64,000 bases of DNA from Hemiscyllium ocellatum (GCF_020745735.1 NC_083412.1:45263181-45327180), one strand, 5' to 3'; shown: positions 49,452 to 62,064, numbered from the stretch's first letter. Numbers and translations: made by a program. Notes: generated from the sequence alone by a model not told the origin.

Positions 49452-49621
49452 TGAAAGTGAGGACTGCAGATGATGGAGATCAGAGTCAAACAGTGTGGCC
49501 CTGGAAAAGCACAGTCAGTCAGGCAATTTCTGATGAAGAGGTTATGCTTAATAAGTTGACACCCTGCTCCTTGGGTGCTGCCTGAGCAGCTGTACGTTTC
49601 CAGCACCACACGTTTTGACTG
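49452..49621. mobile_element. PLE-derived inverted insertion, family A
   Basis: Left arm gaaagtgaggactgcagat...; right arm ttcTGATGAagagg...ttccagcaccacac. Confidence 0.75.
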
Positions 49622-49629
49622 TAGCTCAG

Positions 49630-50052
49630 AGATAGCCAGGCTGGGGCTGTTTTTCCTGGAGCATCGGAGGCTAACGGGTGATCTTATAGAGGTTGATAAA
49701 ATCATGAGGGGCATGTATAGTTCAGTAGACAAGGTTTTTTTCCCTGGATGGGGGAGTCCACAACAAGAGGACATAGGTTTAGAGTGAGAGGGGAACAACT
49801 GAAAAGGGACCTCAGGGTCAACTTTTTCACGCAGAGGGTGGTACCTGTATGGAATGAGTTGCCAGAGGAAGTGGTGGAGGCTGTCTCAATTTCAACATTT
49901 AAAAGGCATCTGGATGGAGATATAAATAGAAAGGGTTTAGAGGGATATGGCCAAGTGTTGACAAATGGGACTACATTAGGTTAGGAAATCTGATCAGCAT
50001 GGACGAGTTGGACCAAATGGTCTGTTTCCGTGCTATACATCTCAATGACTCT
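49630..50052 (+). mobile_element. CR1 LINE 3' fragment
   Basis: RLGLFFLEHRRLTGDLIEV; NFFTQRVVPVWNELP. Confidence 0.92.
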
Positions 50053-51089
50053 AAATGCAGTAAGAAATAACATCAAGTTATAATAATAAATCAGACTGAC
50101 ATGACAGAATTGCTTGACAGATTTCTTTTCCTCAAGGACAATAGTGAAACAGATGCATTTTTGCAAAAGTTAGTTTCATGGCACCATTACTAAAAGTAGC
50201 TTCACATTCCAGAGTTTTATGAATGGAATATAAGTTCCAGCCCCTGCCATATTCAGATTTAAATACATGTTCCCAGAATATTAGCCTGAGTCTCTGGAGT
50301 GCTTGACAGGCGAGATCACGATTATGCCACTGTCTTGAGTGAACAAAGGTATTTGTCTGTCTGTGTGTTTGGATGACCATGTTCTTAGTGAATGGCAGAA
50401 CTAGCTCAGACTGAATGACCCATTCCTTTTCTACATTTTCTAATTTAATATTCTTCATCTCACACTCACAAATCAAAGTTATCCCTTTAAAAAAGACAAT
50501 ATTTTTTGAAGTGTTTGAGATTAGTCTACATTTAATCTACAGCATCAAGTGAGTGAGCCCTATTTAATTAATGTATTTGTGCTGTTTGACAGACCATATT
50601 CTCTTTGTCAATCAGCATCCATTGTAGCAGTATTTCATGTCTTAAAATAAAAAAAATCAACATTATGCAATTTGTATCATCTATGTTTCATTTTGAATTG
50701 GTGATGTCATAAGACAGTTTTAATTGACAGTGTAATTTTCAGTGATGTATTTCCAAAGAACATTGAAACTATTTTCCATTTGGACCCAGTTTTCACCCAT
50801 TGTAATCTGTGTATGTTGATAACTAATGCCAGTAACAGAAATATATTGCTCTCAGAAACAAAACCTGATGTAAAGTTACAAAGTTTTTGAAATATACTTG
50901 ATTGCAGACCACAATGACATCAGTAATAAGGGAGTGAAGTAAAATGATTTTCCATCAATCAGATTATTTACCCTAGCACCATTCCCAGACAATCTTCAAA
51001 AAGTTAAGAAATTTTAAAAGTACACAGAATTCCCCAATTTGCCTTTCTTTCAGACTCAGGTTAACAGAAAGAGTGGACCAGGAGTTTTA

Positions 51090-51403
51090 AGATTAGATTA
51101 GACTTACAGTGTGGAAACAGGCCCTTCGGCCCAACAAGTCCACACCGACCCGCCGAAGCGCAACCCACCCATACCCCTACATTTACCCCTTACCTAACAC
51201 TATGGGCAATTTAGCATGGCCAATTCACCTGACCCACACATCTTTGTGACTGTGGGAGGAAACCGGAGCACCCGGAGGAAACCCACGCAGACACGGGGAG
51301 AACGTGCAAACTCCACACAGTCAGTCGCCTGAGTCGGGAATTGAACCCGGGTCTACAGGCGCTGTGAGGCAGCAGTGCTAACCACTGTGCCACCGTGCCG
51401 CCC
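51090..51403 (-). mobile_element. HE1-type V-SINE, full length and young
   Basis: tRNA head with A box TGGCACAGTGG and B box GGTTCAATTCC; V-domain GTGTGGAGTTTGCACGTTCTCCCCGTGTCTGCGTGGGTTTCCTCCGGGTGCTCCGGTTTCCTCCC; CR1-derived tail GGGCCGAAGGGCCTGTTTCC + (CTAAT)n; CpGs retained. Confidence 0.95.
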
Positions 51404-51893
51404 ACTTTACTGAACAAGAATTAATATTTATTACAAGCAAATAGACTCTTGGTACATCTGAATAATTCTGACTAATTAACATTTAATTCCATTCATTAAA
51501 ATTCTAAGTCCCCTAATGCAGTCTCCCTTACCTCTGCACAGAGAGGAGAAAGAAAGCGTGTCATGGGAGAAGAAAATCTAAGAAAGGAATTCATTTGTCT
51601 CAAAGCTTCCTGGGATGGTTCTTGTGCTGATCAGAATGCTGTTTCTCAATTGTCCTTCTCCAGATGTATTCACTGGTTTTCAGATATATAGGATGGCTGT
51701 GCCACAATTACAAAAGGTCTCTGACTTTATTTCAAAGTCATAACTTACAACAAATAAACAGGTTTTCTTCAGGCTTAAAATGAGTCATACAGCAGAGAAG
51801 AAAAAGTTGCCTTGTGTTGGTGGAAATCTGGTAGCTTCTTGCTATTTTGTTCACAGCCCCAAGTTATTCACTTATCTCAGGACTAATTGCATA

Positions 51894-52036
51894 CAGTACA
51901 ACATTAATTATCCATCAAGATCTCAAGGTCTTGATGCTTGGGTAAGTTGTTATCCGAACACTCGATTATCTGAAAATTAGGTTATCCAAACAAAATACTC
52001 CCTGCCCATGTCCTTCGGATAATCGAGGTTGCCCTG
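51894..52036. mobile_element. Tigger-like MITE or terminal fragment
   Basis: Right end cggataatcgaggttgccctg|TA; possible left TIR TA|cagtacaacattaattatcc (15/20); internal copies of (cg)attatc(c/t)gaa. Confidence 0.55.
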
Positions 52037-52215
52037 TAGTTGTTGTCAGGTAGAAGTCCTTTGTCATCAGTAACTGGTCGCGAGTCCATAGACCAATAAC
52101 ATTTTGATACTATTTGAATCTCCATTTGTACACAAATCTTGTCTCCAGCTTGTCCCATACAACAGTTCTACTTTCACTCTGCAAAACTACAGAAAAGCAA
52201 AATGATCAGGTCTTT

Positions 52216-53083
52216 ACAGGGATCTCACTGTTGTCACTGGCAACTCAGGTGTTTTCTTTCTTCCTGGTGGTGGAAATTGAATAAAGATTCATACACTTTG
52301 TGTCTCTCACTGTGTTTCACACCTGCACACACACACACCAAGGGTGCTGGGGAAAAACAATAAGCACTACCGCAGTTAGGTGGTAGTGCGGGGGATAATT
52401 AAAAAAAAGAGAAAAAAGATAAACAGGAGTGTTTTCCCCCCCAAAAAAGAAAAAAAACAGGGATCTCACTGTTGTCACTGGCAACTCGGGTGTTTTTGTT
52501 CTTCCTGGTGGTGGAAATTGAATAAAGATTCGTACACCTTGTGTCTCTCACTGTGTCTCCCACCTGAACACACCCAACATGGGTGTTGGGGGATAAAAAA
52601 GCACTAAAAGAAAAAAAATAAATAAATAGGGGTCTCACACAGCATTGCCCTTTGATGTGAAGGGCACTGCTTATTACAGGCTACTCGGGTGTTTCTTTTC
52701 TTCCTGGTGGTGGAAATTTGAATACAGCTTCATGCCCCTTGTGTCTTTCACTGTGTCTCACACCTGCATATGCACAGCATGGGTGCTGGGGAAAAAATAA
52801 GCACTACCGCAGTTAGACGGTAGTGTGGGAGGGAAAAAAAGATGAACGGGGTCTCACACAGCATTGCCCTTTGATGTGAAGGGCACTGCTTGTCACAGGC
52901 CAGTCGGGTGTTTCTTTTCTTCGTGGTGGTGGAAATTTGAATAAAGTTTCGTGCACCTTGTGTCTTTCACTGTGTCTCACACCTGCACACACACACAACA
53001 TGGGTGCTGGGGAAAAACAAACACTAGCGCAGTTAGGCGGTCGTGTGGGGATAAAAAGAAGAAGAAAAAATATACAGGGGTCT
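52216..53083 (+). repeat. Tandem array of four 170-240 bp units, each ending in an A-rich tail
   Basis: Units begin at about 52216, 52457, 52627 and 52846 with GGG(A/G)TCTCAC; shared core cttcctggtggtggaaattgaataaagattc...gggtgctggggaaaaa. Confidence 0.92.
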
Positions 53084-53707
53084 TTCTTCATTTCCCTGTA
53101 AATTTGTTGAACGGTAGAGTTTGAGGGCCAGGCTTTGCTGCACCTCTTCTTCATAAAATTGCTGTTTCTCTGTATAAGGCTGTAAATTTTAATTGTTTTG
53201 TAAATTGAATGTCTACATAAATTATATATATGGGCGTCTCAGAATATGTCCTCACACCAACAGCTTTTAGGGTCTTTACATTAATCATTGACCGCAAATA
53301 ACTTCACTAAATATCCAGATTAAACATGAGTTGAAAAGCACTCTTCCAGGAATATACTAGGGAAGAGAAGAGGTTAAAACTAACTGCAGCCTCTCATTTG
53401 TTCTTGATAATGTTTGGTGTGCTAATGGGGAGTAATGTTGTATGGACTGTGAAGGTCACAGCTGAAAGAAAGCCATTAGACACCACTGCACAGCAGATAA
53501 AAAGAAATAAGCTTTATTGTTGTACATGGTGGAAGCCAGTCACCATTGGAAGGAAATGGACAAAAAAATTTCAGCCAAAATGCAAACCCAAACATTTCAA
53601 AATTGACAGCTGAATCACCAGCATCAGCAGCACAGGTATCACCAACGATAACAGCTACAACATTGCCCTGTTTACTCTTCACAAACAACTCAGAGCCTAT
53701 TGGTATA

Positions 53708-56700
53708 TCATAGAATCATAGAGTGTACAGTATGAAAATAGAACCTTTGGTCCAACTTGTCCATGCTAAACAGATATCCTAAATTAATCTAGTCACAGGA
53801 TTGCTGGGCCTCTTACTGAGAGATTTGTATCAACGATAGTCATAGGTGAGGTGCCGGAAGACTGGAGGTTGACTAACATGATGCCACTGTTTAAGAAAGG
53901 TGGTAAGGACAAGCCAGGAAACAATAGACCAGTGATCCTGACATCGGTTGTGGGCAAGTTGTTGAAGGGAATCCTGAGGGACAAGATGTACATGTATTTG
54001 GAAAAGCAAGGACTGATTAGGGATAGCCAACATGGCTTTATGCATGGGAAATCATGTCTCACAAACTTCATTGAGTTTTTTGAAAAAGTAACAAAGAAGA
54101 TTAATGAGGGCAGAGCAGTAGATGTGATCTATCTGGACTTCAGTGAGACATTCAACAAGGTTCCCCATGGGAGACTGGTGAGCAAGGTTCGATGGAATAC
54201 AGGAAGAAGTAGGCATTTGTATACAGAACTGGCTCAAAGGTAGAAGACAGAGGGTGGTGGTGTTTTTCAGACTGGAGGCCTGTGACCAGTGGAGTGCCAC
54301 AAGGATCGGTGCTGGGTCCACTAGTTTTCATCATTTATATAAATGATTTAGATGTGAGCATAAGAGGGATAGTTAGTAAGTTTGCTGATGACACCAAAAT
54401 TGGAGGTGTAGTGGACAGCAAAGATCGCTATCTCAGATTACAATGGGATCTTGATCAAATGGGCCAATGGGCTGAGAAGGTGGCAGATGGAGTATAATTT
54501 AGATAAATGTGAGGTGCTGCATTTTGGGAAAGCAAATCTTAGCAGGACTTATACACTTAATGGTCAGGTCCTTGGGAGTGTTACTGAACAAAGAGACCTT
54601 GAAGTGCAGGTTCATAGCTCCTTGAAAGTGGAGTCGCAGGTATATAGGACAGTGAAGAAGGTATTTGGTATGCTTTCCTTTGTTGGTCAGAGTATTGAGT
54701 ACAGGAGTTGGGAGGTCATGTTGCGGCTGTACAGGACATTGGTTAGGCAACTGTTAGAATACTGCTTGCAATGCTGGTCTCATTCCAATCAGAAAAATGT
54801 TTTGAAACTTGAGAGAGTTCAGAAAAGATTTACGAAGATGTTGCCAGGGTTGGAGGATTTGAACTATTGGGAGAGTTTGAATAGGCTAGGGCTGTTTTCC
54901 CTGGTGTGCCGGAGGCTGAGGTTTATAAAATCATGAGGGGCATGGATAGGATAAATATAAAAATTCTTTTCCCTGGAGTGGAGGAGTCCAGAACTAAAGG
55001 GCATAGGTTTAGGGTGAGAGGGGAAAGATATAAAAGATACCCTATGTAGCAATCTTTTCACTCAGAGGGTGGTACATGTATGGAATGAGCTGTCAGAGGA
55101 AGTGGTGGAACGTAGTGCAATTGCAATATTTGAAAGGCATTTGGATGGGTCTATGAATAGGAAGGGTTTGGAGGAATATGGGCCGGGTGCTGGCAGGTGG
55201 GATAGATTGAGTTGGGATATTTGGTCGACAAGGGTGAGTTGGACGGAAGGGTCTGTTTCCGTGCTGTAAAGCTCTATGACTCTATGATACTATTTGTCAG
55301 CATTTGGCCCATATCCTGCTAAACCCTTCCCATTCACATACCCATCCAGAGGCCTTTTAAATGTTGTAATTGTACCAGCTTTCGCCAATTCTTCTGGCAG
55401 CTCATTCCATACGTGCACCACCCTCTGTGTGAAAATGTTGCTTCTTGTGTCCCTTTTAAATCTTTCCCCTCACCTTAAATCTATGCCCTCTCATCTTTGA
55501 TTCCTCCACCCCGGGGAAGTGATCTTGTTTATTTATCCTATTCATGCTTTTCGTGATTTTATCAACCTCTTAAAAGCTGCCCCTCAGCCTCTGAGGCTGC
55601 AGGGAAAATAACCCCAGCCTATTCAGGCTCAAACCCTCCAACCCTGGCAATATCTTTGTAAATCTTTTCTGAACCTTTTCAAATATAACAACTCCTTCCT
55701 ATAGCAGGGAGACCAGAATTACATGCAGTATTCCAAGAGTTGCCTAACCAATGTCCTGTACAGCTGCAACATAGCCTCCTATAATCAATGCTCTGACCAA
55801 TAGAGTCAAGTATACCAAATGCCGCCTTCACCACCTTATCTGCCTGCAACTCCATTTTCAAGGAACTATGAACTTGCACTCCAAGGTCTATTTGTTTAGC
55901 AACACTCCCCAGGACCTTACCATTCAGTGTATAAGTCCTGCCCTGATTTTCCTCCTCAAAATGCAGCAACACACGTTTATTTAAATTAAACTCCACCTGC
56001 CACTCCTTGGCCCATTGACCTAACTGATCAAGATCCCGTTTTACTGTGAGTTAACCATCTTCACTGTCCACTACAGCACCAATTTTGATGTCATCTGCAA
56101 ACTCACTAATAATACTTCCTATCTTCACATACAAATCATTTATAGAAATGATGAAAAGCAGTGGACCCAGCACCAGTCCTTGTGGCACATCACGGGTCAC
56201 AAGCCTCTCGTCTGAAAAGCAAGCCTCCACCATTAACCTCTGTAATCTACTATTGAGCCATTTCTGAATCCAATGCTACCTTTCCCTATATTCCATGTAA
56301 CCTTGCTAACCAGTCTGCCATGAGAAACCTTGTTGAATACTTTACTGAAGTCCATATAAATCACGTCCACTGCCCTGCCTTCTTCAAAAACCCAATCAAG
56401 TTACTGAGACATGATTTCCCACACACCAAACCATGTTGACAATCATTGCTTGCCTTTTCAAATATGTTGAAATCCTGTCCCTCCACATTCCTTCCAATAA
56501 GTTGCCCACCAATGATGTCAGGCTCATTGGTTGATCGTTCTTTGGCTTTTCCTTAACACCTTTCTTAAATAGTGGCACCATTTTAGCCAACCTCTAGTCT
56601 TCTGGTGCATCACTTGTGACTATCGATGATAAAAGTATCTCAACAAAGGGTCCAGCAATCACTTCCCTAGCTTTCCACAGCGTTTCAGCATACACCTGAT

Positions 56701-57330
56701 CTGGTCCCAGGGATTTATCCACCTTTGAGTTTTAAGACATGCGACATCTCCTGCTCTGTGATGTGGACATTTTGAAAGATGTTGCTACTTATTTCCCACA
56801 CAGTCTTCTATCTTCTATATCCTTCTCCACAGTAAACACTCTTGCAAAATATTTATTTTGTATCTCACTCATTTCCTGTGGTTCCACTCAGAGATGGCCT
56901 TGCTGACCTTTAAGGAACCCTCTTCTTTCCCTCTTTTGTCCTTAATTATTTGTAGAATCTCTTTGAATTGTCCTTAATCCTTTTTGCCAACTCTATCTCA
57001 TGTCCCCTTTTTGGCCTCTTGATTTTCCTCTTAACTATACTCTTACTGCCTTTATACTTTTCTTACGTTTCACTCGACCTCTGCTGTCTATACCTGACAT
57101 TTGCTTCCTTCTTCTTTTTGACTGAAACCAAATTTCTCTGGTCACCCAGTATTCCATACACCTACCAGCCTTGCCCTTCACCCTAACATGATCTTATTGT
57201 CTCTGAACTCTTATTATCTCATTATTGAAGTTTCCCACTTTGCAGCCATCTTTTTACCTGCAAACATCTGTCTCCCCTCACCCCTGCCTCATCCTGTCAA
57301 AATTGGCCCTCCTCCAATTTAGAACTTTAA
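53708..57330 (-). mobile_element. Long CR1 LINE (53708-53794 + 55291-57330) split by a plus-strand CR1
   Basis: Antisense tail at 53708; ...taatctagtc | atttgtcagcatttggccc... is contiguous CR1 sequence; ORFs with VPQGLVLGPLLF and FADDIK. Confidence 0.88.
53795..55288 (+). mobile_element. CR1 LINE, 1.5 kb, disrupted RT, nested insertion
   Basis: PEDWR...PLFKKG, QHGF, SGVPQGSVLGP, FADDTK; tail ctatgactctatga. Confidence 0.96.
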
Positions 57331-58089
57331 CTTATTTGCCTTTCTTTTGAACTTGCTTCTCATTTCTGGCCTGTGTGTGATAATGATACATTATCACTTC
57401 TCATGTTGAATGATTAATAAACTTACTCTTTTTACAACCAGCTCGGGGGCGCGTGAATAAAGAAGGAAAAGCTAGTCCATCCCTCCTCATCAGGAGAGCA
57501 TAAAAAAGGGGCATCACTTCTGGAATTGGGAAATCTAACTGGGGATTGGTTGTAACCAATCAGAAAACTGAAATTGCAACACACTGAAGATTGACAACAC
57601 AAATCATTCCCTTTTCACAATTTCTATTTACTACTTTTTTTGTCTCCCTAACTTTCATTCAGTATTTGGAATGAGAATGGGTCTTGAGAGACAGTTTTTC
57701 CTCAGTAATCTTCACAGCATACTTATGCTCAAACCCGTGATGGTACAACTCCATCATTTAGTCCCATAAGTCTGCTCTCATAAAATTGAAACTTTTTTTT
57801 TGTAGCCCCACTCCTTGTGTTTTCTTCAGAAGAGGAAACACAAAATGTGTTTACAATTTGGGACATAACTTGGAAGGAGATGACTTGTTGTTGAGCAGGG
57901 GCTCGTCAGCCCATTGTTGCCATTGTAGTTGCAAGAAGTCACAGTCCAGCCTGTTTGAAGTTTCTTTAATAATTTTGGTGATCCATTAATCTCTCTCTCT
58001 TACTCTCACACTCTCTCTCTCTAGACAGTCTTTTAATTTGTATACACAAACATTTTTTCAAATGCTTTGAGATTCTGACATGTTATAAC

Positions 58090-58490
58090 CGAAAGCAATA
58101 TGGAGAAGGTTCAATCAGTTCCTTCTTGAGATGAAATGTTGAACAGGTTGTTTATTGGAGTTTAGAAGAACAAGGGTGATCTTATTGAACATACAAGATT
58201 CTAAGGAAACTACATAAGGTGGATGCAAGGAAGATGTTGGGATTTTTCCTTTTTTAGGGAGGGGCAGGGCCCAAAATAATGGACAGTTTAAAAATGAGAT
58301 TCTGAATTAAGACAAAGGTGATTTTTTTTTTATTTCCTCAGAGTTTCATTAAACTTTGAAATTCATTTTGAAATGAGTAGGTGGGGAGCAGAGGGATACA
58401 GATGCTTAGGAATTGCAGCCACAATCAGATCAATAATGATTTTTTGGAACGTACAGCAGATGTAAGGGAACAAATAGCCCTTGCTCCATT
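58090..58490 (+). mobile_element. Old CR1 3' fragment
   Basis: ttggagtttagaagaacaagggtgatcttattgaa (LEFRR..GDLIE). Confidence 0.55.
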
Positions 58491-59024
58491 ATTGAAAGAT
58501 CCATGTGATGGTACCAATTGATTGCTAAGCAAATATTCAAAATGGTGTTTTGGCTGTCAGCAAAGAGAGTTTGAAATTTGTGAACACCGACTGACACTGC
58601 ATTATTTATTGAGGGAAGAATTTGCTGAGACTTCCAGGTGTTAAACCCATTTTGGGTTTGAACTGACGATCTGCCCCAAAGTACAATCTCTAAGCAAGGA
58701 AATAAAAAAGAACCATACTTAGTTCATATTTGGATTATGCCTATCTTATTTCAGTTAGAAAGGTTTATTGTTGGCAAAGGCACACCTGATTTTGAGCCTG
58801 CTCTCTCAGCATTTTAAGTGTCTCTCAAAGGGATTTTCTTGACTTCCACTATAATTCTACTTGGCCCACCATCAAAAGCCTCAAAGAAAATGCATCCCGA
58901 GAGCTGACTAGAGTTTCACCAAAACTCCAAAACTTGTAAAAAAGTGATTTATTACCTTATTTGATCAGCTTCTTGTAAGGTTGATAGTTCCTGTTTTTGA
59001 CATTGCTTAGTTTCTTTTTCAAAC

Positions 59025-59595
59025 AACAAAGAACAAAGAAAATTTAGTGCCCAGGAACAGGCCCTTCAACCCTCTATGTCTGAGCTGATCCAAATGTACT
59101 GTCTAAGCCTGTCAGTCAATTCTTATGCATCTATATCTGAATCCATCATCCTGGAAAAAAGCTTGTATCTATCCACCCTGTCTGTACCCGTCATGATTTT
59201 GTAAACCTCAATCAGGTCCTCCTCAATTTCCTTTTTTCTAATGAAAACAAACCTACCCTACACAACCGCTCTTCATAGCTAGCACCTTCCATACCAGGCA
59301 ACATCCTCGTATACCTCCTCTGCACCCTCTCCAAAGTGTCCACATCCTTCAGTAATGCGGCGACCAGAACTGTACACAGTGTTCTAAATGTGACCAAACT
59401 AATGTTTGTACAATTTTAACATGACTTGCCAGCTCTTATGCTCAATACCCCATCCAATGAAGGTAAGCGTACTATATGCCTTCTTGACCACTCTACCCAC
59501 CTGTGCAGCAACTTTCAGGGTACAAATGGACCTGCACTCCCAGATCTCTTTGCCCATCAACTTTTCCCAAGGCTCTTCTGTTCATTGTATAGTTA
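59025..59595 (-). mobile_element. CR1 LINE 3' fragment, (AACAAAG)n tail
   Basis: ORF 59212-59397 LERVQRRYTRMLPGMEG.SYEERL. Confidence 0.9.
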
Positions 59596-62064
59596 GCTCA
59601 ATGACTTCTGGGGTCCTTTGTTGAGTAATGAGAGTCACACAACTTTCTTGACTAATTAGAGTTTATAGTTGTGACATTACTCTCGTAAAGCTGTATCACT
59701 GATTTTGCTCATGATTACATCTCTGAGATTTAGGATTTGGGTTGGTGTGCATAGCCAGGAATTCTGCTTCAGTGTTCTTCAAGAATTTTGACCCGACTAA
59801 CTTCGATTAATTTTATTCAGAAAGGTGAGTTATTTAATTTCAATTTCTCAAGAAAAGATTGATCTGAAAAAGGATTTGTGGTCCCTCAATTTCATGTGTC
59901 GAAAAGTAACAAAGTACAAAGTTTATCAGAGCTCCTGAAATCTTAACAGGATTTGAAGAGTCAATACAGTTGGCAGACAGCTTAAAGATTTCTCAGAGCT
60001 CAAGTTGAGTAGAACTGTATTAAGGGAATCACCAAAGATTAGACATTCTTAGCAAACTACTGAGTTGCAATTGTGATGTTGTTTGCCATAAGCCATATCG
60101 GCTTTGCACAGCTGCAAGAAAAAAAACTCCTGTCTGCCATCTTCCTTGAATTAGGATAGCAGTAAGCGGATTGATAAGTGGTGTTATTAGAAATGAAGGA
60201 GTTAAAACAGGATGTTATCAGTATATCATTGATTTCTGGATCTTGAATGTTTGGCAATCCTTTTCTCCTTTGAATTTCGAAGTGGTTGACCAACACCGAA
60301 CCACAACTGCACTGCAACATATTCCCCCACACCTTTGCCAAACAATTATGACTGTGATTTAGCTATGAAACAAATGTGAGTGTATTCAGAGATGACTTTT
60401 TGTTCTTTAGCTTTTCTGATAGAATGGTTGTTCGATGTTTTTGTCCTGAATGTCTGTTTACTATTGGATTCATTTAAATATTACTTTCTTCAGTTAATTC
60501 AGAAATCCTTTTGATTCAGTTTCATGTCACACATTTATCTTACTCCTTGTGCACTTGAAGACAAATATTGTAAAATGTGATTTAATGTCATAGCTCATGC
60601 AATGTGCCAATAATTCAATCATGTGAATTTCAAAGTTTAATTTTTAACCAGCACACAGGAAGTTAAACTATTTCCAGGCTCCAAAATTAATTATACTCTT
60701 GTGCACTTTCAATCTGGTAAAGCAATCCTTCTGACCTGAAGGTAGGATAATATAAACTCAATAGTTGAAAATTCCAGTTTCAGTTCTTTCATTTTTACCC
60801 CAAATAAACTCCCAGTTGGAATGTTTTAATGGATGCATTCAGTCCTCCAAATACCCCTTCCAAATTGCTGTTCTTCAAGACCGAGCCTGGTAATCAATGT
60901 TTGAAAATTATTCCTGGGAACCTGACAGCTAAACGTAACCTGATCATCACCTAATGTCCACATATGTAGCTAGCTGTACAAGTCATTGGACAATATTAGG
61001 ATCCCTGGAAGAAAGGACAACCTGGAACCATTATTTGTTTCGTAAATAGCTTGTGATATAAAAGTTGGACAAATTTATATTTAGCATGTATTTTTAAAAA
61101 TCTGCCTTTATATGACAGCTATAACAATGAAATCCTAAAGTTGGTTCCAACTAGCTGCTATATTCCAATTAATTTAATACTCTGCTAAATATTTTTAAAA
61201 AAATTTTATGGGAAATAACAACTTTGACACTATCTCCTGGTATCAAACTGAAGGGGTGTCAACACCTACTCTGTATGCTGTCACATGTAGTCTGCTTGCC
61301 ACCTGCTCCCAGTCTCTCGTTGCCCTCCCACTGACTGCAATAATCGTATTCCTTTAACACTGTTGCTTGCAGTGTTGGTCTTTCATTGTCTACTATTTGC
61401 AGCATTATTCATTGTCTCACTGGTCATTCTGCTCATGACCGTTCAGTGCCTACCATTTGCCACCCCACCCCAAAATTTTGCTGTCTCACACTGATACTTC
61501 TCACGATCTTGTGTGCATAGGAAAGGCAGCTAGGTCTCAGCAGGTGAAGCAGTCAAGAGTTCAGAGTAGGGTGACATGCCAGAAAGTGAAAAGATTGGCA
61601 CAGCTGATGATGAAAGGATTTGAGAGTTAGGAAGCAAACAAGGCAGCAAATGAGCTCGTGCATAAGGAAGCAAGAAGGGGAACACCAAGCAAGCAAGCAA
61701 AGTGGCAAATGTTGTAAAACGGATTTAGGCAGTAAGCGGGAGACAGCCAAAACAATGTTCTTTGGTTTGGCAACTATCTGCAACATCACTGATGGTGGTG
61801 TCAAAGCACTGCTACTGCATGTTAAATGAATGCATCCACTACAGCTTTGGTATCAGCATAGACTGCGTAAATTCAAAGAATGCCTCTTGCTTCTGAAAAT
61901 TATACGAAAATTCTCCAAAATGACTGGTATTGTAAAATAGCAAGGTGTCATAAAAATATCTTTGAGTCACCAATCCTTAATATTACTAGACTTAAACATT
62001 GCGACTTGTTTCACATAAACAGCAATTTTACTAAAGTTAAGAATTCAATCAAATGGCTCCTCAC

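Noticed and set aside
51330-51403. tRNA gene
   Set aside because: tRNA-derived head of the HE1 SINE, not a stand-alone cloverleaf gene.
52216-53083. CRISPR array, Helitron end or U1 snRNA derivative
   Set aside because: Eukaryotic context with no unique spacers or cas genes; no CTRR terminus after the hairpin; the U1 resemblance is limited to GTGGTAGTG.GGGG.
19035-54750. Long minus-strand ORFs such as 19035-19484, 29859-30395, 35428-35979 and 54499-54750 that share a peptide (QPQHDLPTPVLNTLTNK...)
   Set aside because: Antisense shadows of CR1 ORF2; the similarity comes from the repeat, not from a gene family.
57484-57496. CTGATGA hammerhead core on the minus strand
   Set aside because: No stem II followed by GAAA.
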